Source: Paludibacter sp. (lineage in GTDB: Bacteria > Bacteroidota > Bacteroidia > Bacteroidales > Paludibacteraceae). Taken from it: DNA of 64,000 nucleotides. The translations under genes and the position numbers were made by a program. Of this stretch, positions 19,463 through 29,400 are shown piece by piece (position 1 is the stretch's first letter; every line of letters starts with the position of its first letter). The notes beneath the pieces were generated by a model. That model saw only the letters and a list, made by a program, of their open reading frames with translations, had not been told where the DNA came from and ran no database searches. The DNA is taken from positions 6,868-70,867 of the forward strand of contig JAYFPP010000215.1 of NCBI GenBank assembly GCA_034927635.1, given 5' to 3'.

Positions 19463-22400
19463 TTAATAGACCTGGAAATCATAAATCCTGGCTACATTAC
19501 TAAAATTCTGCTCGCCTTTGGTTACATTCAGCCTGACGAAACGGGCTTTAACTTCCCCGGCAAGGGCACGGTCGGTTTCGGGGCTTTTATTGTCGCTCAC
19601 ACTGTCCACCGTGCGCCATTCATCGTTTTTGTTTAGTTTAACCTGTAACGAATAATCCTTTGTGATGAACTCCGTTTCTTCGAGTCCGGCATGAAACACC
19701 GACCATCCGTGCAGTGTTTTTTCAGTACCCAGATCCACAACGATGTATTTCGTACTATTGTTGCTGGTATCGCACCATTTGGTGTTGATGTCCTCATCGA
19801 TGGCAAATTCGGCTCTTTCATCCTGATTGACTTGTCCTGTTTTTTCTACTACCGGTTTGCCGAAAAGCAGGTTGTTCCTTATCGCGAGTGTTTCCGAAAA
19901 TTCGGGATCGGGTAGAGCAACCCTGAGCAGATCGCAGGCCGGAGTCAGCGCATTGTTGTCGTCGGCAATGACTGTAGCGGCAAACAGGGCGATTCTCGAG
20001 TTTTCGGGGAGAACAAGCTGTTTGGCTCCTTTCGGAAGATCGATGGCAACGGCAAACATATAAGTAAACTCATAAGGCAGATCCCTGTTTTCGCTCATCG
20101 AATGACGGTGAGTTCCCACGAAGGCGATGTCGGCAGGTTTCAGAAATGCTTCGGTATGACCGGTATGTCCCCATTGACCGATAAAGCCGGTATACGAAGG
20201 TGCAATCACTTCAGAACTTTGCTGGTCGACTTTGAAGTTAACCTTGGTGTCGCCGGCAGTAGAAGCTACTAACAGGTATAAACGGTTGAAGTTCCCCTGC
20301 GGTAAACTGATGATCTGACCACGGCATTTCAACGCGTTGGGCTCGTCGGCGCCGGCAAGGTTAAAGCGTACACCTTTGAAATCAATTGTTTCAGGGAAAA
20401 GTTCAGCTGCAAAGGAGTTTCCTTTTCCATCGAAATTGGTGGTATTACGAAAAGCATTGTAGGTGGTTGCTTTGGTGTCGAAAGGCAGAGTTACAGGTGT
20501 AGACTCAGTCGTGGCAAGGGCGGCTTTTCCTGCGTTGGCTAATTTTACCTTAAAGGTTTTGATGCCGAATGCATTGATGCCCGTTTTCAGGTCATTTCCG
20601 GCAAACTTTGCAGCACCGGTAACCTCTTCGATACCATTCAGTTCTTCAGCTGAAAGAATCCGGGCAGGGAAACTCAATGTAGCCTGCTGTTGACCTTTTC
20701 CTGAAGTTTCGTAGAGGCGGATAACATATTCGTCGGAGTTTTCGGCCTGTTTGATGGTTTTTATCAGTACATTTTCGTTGTTGATTTGCACCAGTGAAAA
20801 AGCTTTTCCCAAATTACCGGCATGTTTATTTGTAGCAATGAAAGCCTGAGGCTGCTGATTGAGCAACTCAGCCTTGCTCACTATTCCGGCTTTTATGTAG
20901 TCAGCGGCATGTCCCACGATGGAGTAGGTAAAGATGTGTTTTCCGAAATCCTGTTTGTCCTGATAGGCATAACCACCTTTTGTTTTCGGAGTATGCAACA
21001 GGGTCAGACGGAGGGTATTGTCGTCGGGTTTATCCCATCCGTATTTGCTGTCGTTCATCACCGCTACGCCGTAATCTCCTTTTTTATCAGTAAGGTCGGC
21101 CCATTTCTGAGCAAAAATCTCGTAGGCAATATCGGTGTTATTCCCTCTTTTGATGGAACCTAAGCCCAAATCGTAAGTCGCTTCGGGATTGGAAACGCTG
21201 AGCGGGAATTCCGCTTTGAGGAGTGCGTTGGTGGTTTGCCAGTCGATTTCGTTCACGATGTCGATCCGGTCGGCCTGTGCTCCTTCGTTCAGACGAATGT
21301 ATTGTACAAAATTTGATTTGCCGTAAGTTCTTTCCACTTTTAGTGCGCTACGAACAGCGCCCTGTACGGCAATGCTTATTTTTACATTTTCGCTGATAGA
21401 AATCGGTGTTTTGTCAACCGCCGTTTTCAGGATTTCCCATGCCGGCCATGCAAATGATTCGTTTTCGGTGATCAGCGCCAGACGGATGGCTTTGCCGTTT
21501 TTTACCAACTCGCGGTTGTTTTTCTTGTCGAAAATTGAGGCAATGTCGCCGTTGGCATCCAGCGATACACGATAAATGCTGTTTTCGATGGAGTTATTGT
21601 TGACTTTTACATTCGTTTTTAAGTTGGATTTTCCTTTGCGAATATCATAAACCACATACCCGCAGGAAGGTACATTAGCCGTCACGATGAGGGTCATTTT
21701 GCCATTACTGAACTTTCCGGTCTGTGTTGGTAGTACCTTTCCGTTTTCATCATACACAACAAAGCTATCGGTAGCTTTAGTTGCCGGTATTTCAATTTCA
21801 ATATTTTCAGATACCGGAATCGCCAGAGGATTATAGAGAATTACAGGAATGCCGTTAACCCTGGTGTCGAGGGCGCGTGATACCGCTCCCACAGTACTTG
21901 TCAGTACATTTCCGAACTGTTTGAGGGAGATCAGTTCATCGTTCCATGAAAATTCGTAAGCACGGGGGATGCTGGTGCCGGTGAGGTCGTCGTGGAACTG
22001 GTGCCAGATAAAGCGTTTCCAGGCCTCCGTCAGGGTGTTTTTGGGATAAGCCATCGCGCCAAGCCAGTCGGCTGCAACTGCCGAGCGTTCAGCGGCGTCG
22101 GCGAGCAGTTCGTTGCGGCGGTTGTAAAGTTTCATAGCCGCCTGCGAAGTGTAGCAACCCGTGGCATGCACATCCATCAGTAATTCTCCTTTGTATACAG
22201 GCAGTTCAGGATGTTTATCGAAAGGCAGATAATCTTTATACAGCTGATCGCTGGTGGCGCTGATGATTTCCACCGGACCTTTGCCCGCGATGCCTTTTTC
22301 AACTGAGCGTACCGATTCGATGGTTGGTGCGCCGCCTGTATCACCGGTTCCGTAGTAATGATATACCGATTTTGTGGGGTTTTTAGTGACAAGATTCAGA

Positions 22401-23080
22401 AGCGCCGGGTTATTACTCAGGTCATCGTTGTCCCATCTTGTTCCGTAGGAATGACCGTCGGCCACCAGCATTACGCGTGAACCGTCGACACCTTCCCATA
22501 AGCCAATTTCAAAAGGTATTTTACTGTTTCCGTGAAATGGTTTGTGTCGCCATTGCAGTTTCTGTGTCGAAAACCCGATGAGTCCCGCATGAGAAGCCAG
22601 GGCCGGTAAAGTATAACCGAATCCGAAGCAGTCGGGCAGGAAAATATCAGTTCCCTTTACCCCGAATTCGTCTTTGTAGAATTGTTGTCCGTAAAGTATA
22701 TTGCGGGAGGTTGACTCCGGGGAGGGGATATTGGCATCGGTTGCATCCCAGGTGCTGCCTGTCACATGCCAGCGGCCTTCAGCAATGCGTTTTTTAACCA
22801 GTTCATATTCGGCAGGATAATACTCTTTCATCCAGTAGTATTTTATACCTCCCTCAAAATTGAAGATATAATTGGGATACCTGTCCATCAGCATCAGGTT
22901 TTGATGCATGGTTTTCGGTACGTATTCACTGATGGAGCGTTGTACATCCCAGTTCCATTGAGTGTCGAAATGAGCGTTGGAAACTAAGTAAGCTTTGCCT
23001 TTTTTGGGGGCAACAGGTTGCGCAAAGAGCGCAGCGCACAGGAGTGTTGCGGATAAAATTGAAGTGAGGTGTTTAATCAT
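19463..23080 (-). CDS. GH38 alpha-mannosidase with C-terminal F5/8 type C (CBM32-like) domain
   Basis: SNAHFDTQWNW, FLPDCFG, QFHDDLTG, NDSKYG; C-terminal AIDEDINTKWC...IVVDLG...ARFVRL. Confidence 0.93.
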   Translation of the reverse strand: MIKHLTSILSATLLCAALFAQPVAPKKGKAYLVSNAHFDTQWNWDVQRSISEYVPKTMHQNLMLMDRYPNYIFNFEGGIKYYWMKEYYPAEYELVKKRIAEGRWHVTGSTWDATDANIPSPESTSRNILYGQQFYKDEFGVKGTDIFLPDCFGFGYTLPALASHAGLIGFSTQKLQWRHKPFHGNSKIPFEIGLWEGVDGSRVMLVADGHSYGTRWDNDDLSNNPALLNLVTKNPTKSVYHYYGTGDTGGAPTIESVRSVEKGIAGKGPVEIISATSDQLYKDYLPFDKHPELPVYKGELLMDVHATGCYTSQAAMKLYNRRNELLADAAERSAVAADWLGAMAYPKNTLTEAWKRFIWHQFHDDLTGTSIPRAYEFSWNDELISLKQFGNVLTSTVGAVSRALDTRVNGIPVILYNPLAIPVSENIEIEIPATKATDSFVVYDENGKVLPTQTGKFSNGKMTLIVTANVPSCGYVVYDIRKGKSNLKTNVKVNNNSIENSIYRVSLDANGDIASIFDKKNNRELVKNGKAIRLALITENESFAWPAWEILKTAVDKTPISISENVKISIAVQGAVRSALKVERTYGKSNFVQYIRLNEGAQADRIDIVNEIDWQTTNALLKAEFPLSVSNPEATYDLGLGSIKRGNNTDIAYEIFAQKWADLTDKKGDYGVAVMNDSKYGWDKPDDNTLRLTLLHTPKTKGGYAYQDKQDFGKHIFTYSIVGHAADYIKAGIVSKAELLNQQPQAFIATNKHAGNLGKAFSLVQINNENVLIKTIKQAENSDEYVIRLYETSGKGQQQATLSFPARILSAEELNGIEEVTGAAKFAGNDLKTGINAFGIKTFKVKLANAGKAALATTESTPVTLPFDTKATTYNAFRNTTNFDGKGNSFAAELFPETIDFKGVRFNLAGADEPNALKCRGQIISLPQGNFNRLYLLVASTAGDTKVNFKVDQQSSEVIAPSYTGFIGQWGHTGHTEAFLKPADIAFVGTHRHSMSENRDLPYEFTYMFAVAIDLPKGAKQLVLPENSRIALFAATVIADDNNALTPACDLLRVALPDPEFSETLAIRNNLLFGKPVVEKTGQVNQDERAEFAIDEDINTKWCDTSNNSTKYIVVDLGTEKTLHGWSVFHAGLEETEFITKDYSLQVKLNKNDEWRTVDSVSDNKSPETDRALAGEVKARFVRLNVTKGEQNFSNVARIYDFQVY

Positions 23081-23107
23081 GATATTTTATTTTTGTAGAA
23101 ATATCCA

Positions 23108-23115
23108 CAAAAATA
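23108..23115 (-). promoter_or_regulatory. Bacteroidetes -7 promoter element for the GH38-GH125 pair
   Basis: TATTTTTG on the minus strand, 28 nt upstream of the GH38 start. Confidence 0.55.
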
Positions 23116-23259
23116 TAACATAAAATTTTACTAAACGTGTAAGATAGGTATGGTTACTGATTTTTTACAGGATTTATGTACGATGTAACCCTGTTTGTAA
23201 CCGGAATTATACAAATTTGGCACAAATGAGGGAACAAATAGCTGAGTGCGATTGATCAG

Positions 23260-23339
23260 GGGGTTGCTTCGCTTCGCTCGCAATGACGCTGGCAAATGAG
23301 TTTGTGCAGGGGCGCTGGGGTTGCTTCGCTTCGCTCGCA
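23260..23339. repeat. Two copies of a REP-like 23-mer GGGGTTGCTTCGCTTCGCTCGCA
   Basis: Identical at 23260-23282 (followed by ATGAC) and 23317-23339. Confidence 0.85.
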
Positions 23340-23340
23340 C

Positions 23341-23910
23341 TTAACTATTAAACACCTGTTCAATCACCCCTGGAAAATGTTCGTATTCCAGCGCATGCAC
23401 TTTCTCCGCCACCATATCGGGAGTATCGCCGGGCAGCACCGGGCAGGTAGCCTGAAAAATAATGTTACCTTCGTCGTAGTTTTCGTTCACATAATGGATG
23501 GTAATGCCCGAAGAAGTCTCCTTAGCGTCGACAACTGCCTGATGCACATGATGTCCGTACATGCCTTTTCCGCCGAATTTCGGGAGTAAGGCAGGATGGA
23601 TATTGATGATTTTGTTAGGGAAAACCTGCAATAAAGGGGGATGTATTTTCAGCAGAAAACCCGCCAGAACGATGTAATCGATTTTGTATTTATCTAGTAA
23701 TGAGAGGATATCGGTGCCTTTTTCAAATTCATCCTTAGAGAAGGTAAACGAAGGAATCCCCAGTTTGCGGGCCCTTTCGTGCACATAAGCATCAGATTTG
23801 TTGGAGATAATCAACGGAAACTCAAAAGCTGTTTTTTTGGAAAAATACCGAATGATATTTTCGGCATTCGATCCCGAACCCGATGCGAAAAGTGCAATTT
23901 TTTTGGTCAT
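23341..23910 (-). CDS. purN: Phosphoribosylglycinamide formyltransferase
   Basis: IALFASGSGSN, VLAGF, NIHPALLP.FGG.GMYG, SGITIHYV...YDEG. Confidence 0.97.
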   Translation of the reverse strand: MTKKIALFASGSGSNAENIIRYFSKKTAFEFPLIISNKSDAYVHERARKLGIPSFTFSKDEFEKGTDILSLLDKYKIDYIVLAGFLLKIHPPLLQVFPNKIINIHPALLPKFGGKGMYGHHVHQAVVDAKETSSGITIHYVNENYDEGNIIFQATCPVLPGDTPDMVAEKVHALEYEHFPGVIEQVFNS

Positions 23911-24058
23911 AAAGAGGGTTTATTTGCTCAGAAATATAAATAATGTGCAAAAAAATGTATTTTTTTCAACAAAATAGGAATTATGTCGAGAAATTTATTT
24001 TACTTTGCACCGCAAAATTAAAAAACAAATTTTATTTATCAACTTAAAAAACAAAATT

Positions 24059-24289
24059 ATGTCAGAAGTTGCAGCTAAAGTAAAAGCGATCATCGTAGAA
24101 AAATTAGGTGTTGACGAATCGGAAGTGGTTCCAACAGCAAGTTTTACAAACGATCTGGGAGCAGATTCGTTGGATACTGTAGAATTGATCATGGAATTCG
24201 AAAAAGAATTCGGCATCACAATTCCCGAAGATCAGGCAGAAAAGATTTCTACAGTAGGTGATGCAATTACTTACATCGAAGCTTTATAA
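24059..24289 (+). CDS. acpP: Acyl carrier protein
   Basis: [20 protein letters not shown]; the real start is MSEVAAKV at 24059. Confidence 0.97.
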   Translation: MSEVAAKVKAIIVEKLGVDESEVVPTASFTNDLGADSLDTVELIMEFEKEFGITIPEDQAEKISTVGDAITYIEAL

Positions 24290-24310
24290 TAACTATTCCT
24301 TAATAACATT

Positions 24311-25573
24311 ATGGAATTAAAAAGAGTTGTTGTAACCGGTCTTGGTGCCGTTACTCCTCTTGGTAATACTATTCCGGAATTCTGGAATAGTATTATCAAT
24401 GGAAAAAGCGGGGCTTCGTTGATTACACGTTTCGATACCACTCAGTTTAAAACAAAATTTGCCTGCCAGGTAAAAGATTTTGACGCCAACCAGTTTTTCG
24501 ATAGAAAAGAAGTCAGAAAATTAGACATTTATGCGCAACTTGCTATGGTCGCGGCCAAAGAAGCAATTGAGCATAGTGGTTTAGACCTCGATACTGTTGA
24601 TAAAAATGAAGTTGGTGTTATTTTTTCGGCAGGTATCGGTGGTATCACAACCTTCGAACAGGAAGTAGCCTATTATTATCAGAATCAGGAAAATGGTCCG
24701 AAGTTTAATCCGTTCTTCATCCCCAAGATGATATCGGATATTGCAGCGGGTCAGATTTCGATACAGTATGGTTTCCGTGGTCCGAACTATTCGATTGCCT
24801 CGGCTTGTGCTTCATCAACCAACGCATTAATTGACGCGTTCAATTATATCCGTTTGGGAAAAGCCAATGTGATTGTAACCGGTGGTGCTGAATCGGCCCT
24901 GACTCCCGGAGGAGTGGGTGGTTTCAATGCATTGACGGCTCTGTCGACAAGAAACGACAGTCCAGAAACAGCATCGCGTCCGTTCAGCGCCAGTCGCGAC
25001 GGTTTTGTGATGGGTGAAGGTGCAGGCTGTTTGATTTTTGAAGAACTTGAACATGCTTTGGCCCGTGGTGCTAATATCCTGTGTGAAGTAGTGGGTGGCG
25101 GTTTATCTGCTGATGCTTATCATCTTACCGCTACGCATCCCGATGGATTAGGTGCCACACTGGTTATGAACAGGGCATTGAAAGATGCAGGAATGCAACC
25201 GGAAGATATTGATTACATCAATGTGCACGGAACATCTACACCTGTTGGCGATATTTCCGAGTCAAAAGCTATAAAAGAAGTCTTTGGAGATTATGCCTAC
25301 AAACTGAATATCAGTTCTACAAAATCAATGACCGGCCATTTACTTGGCGCTGCAGGTGCTGTAGAAGCGATCATCAGTGTGTTGTCGGTGGTTAACGACA
25401 TTGTTCCGCCTACCATCAACCATGAAGATGGCGACGAAGATCCGGAGATTGACTACAAATTAAATTTTACCTTCAATAAAGCTCAAAAACGCGTTGTTAA
25501 TGCGGCCCTTTCCAATACCTTTGGATTTGGGGGACATAATGCCAGCGTGATTGTAAAAAAGTTTAAAAGATAA
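24311..25573 (+). CDS. fabF: 3-oxoacyl-ACP synthase II
   Basis: RVVVTGLG, SACAS, NVHGTST, KSMTGHLLGAAG, SNTFGFGGHN. Confidence 0.97.
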   Translation: MELKRVVVTGLGAVTPLGNTIPEFWNSIINGKSGASLITRFDTTQFKTKFACQVKDFDANQFFDRKEVRKLDIYAQLAMVAAKEAIEHSGLDLDTVDKNEVGVIFSAGIGGITTFEQEVAYYYQNQENGPKFNPFFIPKMISDIAAGQISIQYGFRGPNYSIASACASSTNALIDAFNYIRLGKANVIVTGGAESALTPGGVGGFNALTALSTRNDSPETASRPFSASRDGFVMGEGAGCLIFEELEHALARGANILCEVVGGGLSADAYHLTATHPDGLGATLVMNRALKDAGMQPEDIDYINVHGTSTPVGDISESKAIKEVFGDYAYKLNISSTKSMTGHLLGAAGAVEAIISVLSVVNDIVPPTINHEDGDEDPEIDYKLNFTFNKAQKRVVNAALSNTFGFGGHNASVIVKKFKR

Positions 25574-25574
25574 G

Positions 25575-26423
25575 GTGTTTAAATTTATACTAAAAAAAAT
25601 AAGGCTCTTATCGAATGCTCGAAAAGAGCCTTATTTGCAATTTCATCATATTCTGGGATTCTATCCCGATAATATCAGCTATTATCAACTGGCAGTCCGT
25701 CATCGCTCCACAACAACGGGCGCGAGCGGACATATCCTGAGCAATGAACGTCTGGAGTTTCTGGGCGATGCCGTGCTCAACTCTGTTGTGACCGATATTC
25801 TGTTTACCCGCTACGACCGGCAACGGGAAGGTTTTCTGACCAATACCCGATCTAAATTAGTGAAACGTGATTTTCTTAACCAGCTGGCACTCGAAATGGG
25901 GCTGGATAAGCTGGTGGTAAAATCAAGACATATCGCTCAGGGAGGTAACAGCAATATCTATGGCAATGCCTTCGAAGCGTTGATAGGAGCCATTTATCTC
26001 GATCAGGGATATAAACAGTGTAAGCGTTTTGTGGAAAAACGACTGTTTAAAACCTTTATTGATCTCGATAAAGTGGTGATTGATGAAAAGAATTACAAAT
26101 CGAAGATTATAGAATTATGTCAGAAATACCATCTGACCTATGATTTCATTTTGCTTGAAGAATCGGTTCGTTCGGCAAATATGCATGTATTCCGGTCGAA
26201 ACTGCTGATTGCAGGCAAAGATATCTGCGAAGCTACCGGTTCCAGTAAAAAAGAATCGCAACAGAATACTTCCTACAAAGCATACCGAATGATTCAGGAG
26301 GATCCGGGACTTATTGCGTCGCTCAGGGCCGAAGTACTGCCTGAGGATCCTGCTGTTGAGGAGGAGCCTGTAGTCACAGAGGATCCTGTTACTGAGCCGA
26401 ATGTTGCTTCACAAAATCCTTAG
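25575..26423 (+). CDS. rnc: Ribonuclease III
   Basis: NERLEFLGDAVL, GNAFEALIGAIYLD, dsRBD ending GSSKKESQQ; GTG start; Bacteroidetes acpP-fabF-rnc order. Confidence 0.96.
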   Translation: MFKFILKKIRLLSNARKEPYLQFHHILGFYPDNISYYQLAVRHRSTTTGASGHILSNERLEFLGDAVLNSVVTDILFTRYDRQREGFLTNTRSKLVKRDFLNQLALEMGLDKLVVKSRHIAQGGNSNIYGNAFEALIGAIYLDQGYKQCKRFVEKRLFKTFIDLDKVVIDEKNYKSKIIELCQKYHLTYDFILLEESVRSANMHVFRSKLLIAGKDICEATGSSKKESQQNTSYKAYRMIQEDPGLIASLRAEVLPEDPAVEEEPVVTEDPVTEPNVASQNP

Positions 26424-29400
26424 GCAACATCCCGAATTGTTTTACAAAACACCTGGTGAAGTAGGAGGCTGAACTGAATCCCACTTCATAGGCTACCTCG
26501 TTGATACGTAATCCATCTTCGATCAGGAGTTGCGTGGCTTTCTTCAGCCTGTAGGTGCGCAGGTAATCCCCGGGAGTATATCCACAAATGCTTTTCAGTT
26601 TTCGTTGCAGATTCGACCGGCTTATGTATAATTTGTCGGTCAGTGACTCAATGGAGAAATCGCTGTCGGAGATGTTTTTGTCAATCTCATCATTCAGGCG
26701 GTTGATGAAACCCATATCGCTTTTATTGGAAGTGAGGATGGAATAGGGAGTTAATGGCGAATGATTGAAGGAATCGAGTATGGCTTTGCGGTTAGCAAGC
26801 AACCTGGCAATCTGGGCTTTCAGGAAGGCCGTTGAAAATGGTTTCTCGATGAAAACATCGGCGCCGGCATTCAATCCTTCAATTTTGGTGATATTGTCGG
26901 TTTTAGCTGAAAGAAGTATTACCGGTATGTGACTGTATGCAATATTATCATGCAATTGTCGTGTAAATTCAATGCCGTCGGTATCGGGCATCATCACATC
27001 GGTAATAATCAGGTCGTAGGAATTCTCGTCGATCATCGACATGGCCTGTGAGGCATCCCCTGCGGTATTTACGTTATAATCGGTTTTCAGACTGTTTTCG
27101 ATAAAATGAAGCATTTCGGGGTTGTCCTCTACGACCAGGATATGTGTTTTTTCTTCTGGTTTAAATATTGGTGCATCTGCAAGATTATTTGCTTCTTCCT
27201 CCTGATAACTCCGGGTGCTTTGATTTTCAGTAAGTTCGTTGAAGGTAAAGCTGAAGACAGAACCTCCTGTCGGGTTGTCGGTGATGCGAATGTTTCCGCC
27301 CAGAATTTCGGAAAGATGTTTTGCCAGCGATAATCCGATACCTGTCCCTTTTGTATTCTCATGCGACCTGATCTGATAGAAAGGATCAAATATCTTAGCT
27401 TTCAAAGCATCGGGAATCCCTTTTCCGTTATCGCTTACCGAGATGGTAAAGCTGCCGTCGGCGTTATGAACAAGTTCCATTACAATTTTATCTTTTCCAT
27501 ATTTCAACGCATTGGTGAGAAAATTTCCGACAATTTTAGTCAGCGCATCAGGATCAAAGATTATCTCTGTTTTCTGTTGAGTAACGATGATCTGAAAATC
27601 AATATTTTGCTTTTGGGCTGTCTTACGAAACCGGTCGTATAATTCGTTTAAGTGCTTTGTCAAATCGAATTTGAAGGGATTAAGGGTATATTCGGCGGAA
27701 TCCATCTTCCTGAAATCGAGCAACTGGTTAATAAGTACATTCAGACGTTCGCTGTTTTTGTCGATAATGGACAGGTTCTGTTTTGTTTCGGCATTTCCGT
27801 CGCCCGACGAAATGATTTCCTCGAGAGGGGCTTTAATCAGGCTTACGGGAGTGCGTATTTCATGTGCGATATTGGTGAAAAACTCGATTTTTGATTTGAA
27901 GGATAGTGTTTCCTGTTCTGTTTTGTAAGCTTCGAGCTGCTTTTGCTGCCGGATCTGGTGTTTCTTGGTATAGTTCCTGAAAAGCAGGTAGATAAGCAGC
28001 AAAACGTCAATAAAATATAATATTTTAGCAGGTAGTGAAAACCAGAATGGTGGAAGAATTTCGAATCTGAGTTCTGCTCCGTTTTCATTCCAGATATTAT
28101 GATTGTTGGAAGCCTTTACCCTGAAAGTATATTTCCCCGGCGCAAGGTTCACATAGGTAACGCTGCGGTTATTTCCAATGTGGATCCAGTCTTCGTCGAC
28201 TCCCTCGAGTTTATAGGCATACTGGTTTTTGGTTGGTGCGATAAAACTCAGGCTGATGAAGGAGATGGTAAAGGAAGAATTGTTGTATTTCAGTCGAACG
28301 GATTCTTTTTTGTTGATACGGTGCATAATATTTTCTTCCGTTTCTTTGTCGTTATCGCCAAGCAGGCGCAGACCCGTGATTTCGATGGGAGGAACTACTT
28401 CATTGATGTTTGTAATAAGTTCCTGAGGATAAAAACTGTTGAATCCGTTGATTCCTCCGAAATAAATTTTCCCGTTACTTGCTTTGAAGCTTGATTTATA
28501 ATTGAATTCGTTGCTTTGCATGCCATCTCCCTGAGTATACTGCTTCTGAGCTTTTACATCGAAAGGGGGAAATGAAGCCAGTCCTTTGTTACTGCTGACC
28601 CACATATTGCCGAACTGGTCGTCGAGGATGCCATATACAACATTGTTGGGCAGGCCGTCCTTCTCCGAGATATTCAGAAAACTGTCGGTTTCGTAATTAT
28701 AAAGGAAAATACCCCGTCCTTCGCTCGAAAACCATAATCTTTTCTGATTATCAATATGGATGCCGGTGAGTTTGCTGTTGACCATCGGATCGTTTTCGTC
28801 GAGGATATTGCTGTAATAGGTCCATTTGTTGGTTTTGAGATTCAGCTTCGCAACACCGTTATTGCCGTACATAGCCAGCCACAGGTTATGGTAGGAATCC
28901 TCCTTAATATCATAGATAAACGCAATGGAGTCGGATATAATCCGTGTAAAGTTGTCGCTGACAGGATTGTATTTATTCAGGCCTTCGGTAGTACCAACAT
29001 ATATATCCCCCGATTTTGTCCGGTAGAGAGAAAAAACACAGTCGTCATCGAGGGTGTTGTTATCGGCGAAGTGGTTACGGTAATTGCGGAGGCGTTTGGT
29101 TTTTGTATTGTACACATCGAGACCGCGTGAAAAAGTACCGATCCATAATTCATTGCCCACCAGCATCAGTGGGTGAATGTTGTGGTAGCTGGTTTTGACC
29201 GGCTGAGAGAACCTGCCCGTTTTCGTGTCGAAATAGTTCAATCCTCCGTCCTCGGTAGCCACCCACAGATTGCCTTTTTCATCTTCACAGAACTGACTGA
29301 CTGCCTTTCCGGAAAGGGATCCCGCTTTGTTATTCGGTAAATAATTGTCGATGCTGAGTGCGCTTTTGTTCAGATAGTTCAATCCTCCGAAATAAGTTCC

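Noticed and set aside
23131-23589. ORFs 23131-23340 (-) and 23296-23589 (+)
   Set aside because: Translations of the REP-like repeat (RAKRSNP twice) or antisense to purN.
24005-24058. N-terminal extension of ACP
   Set aside because: Non-ATG start in an A-rich leader; the canonical protein starts at 24059.
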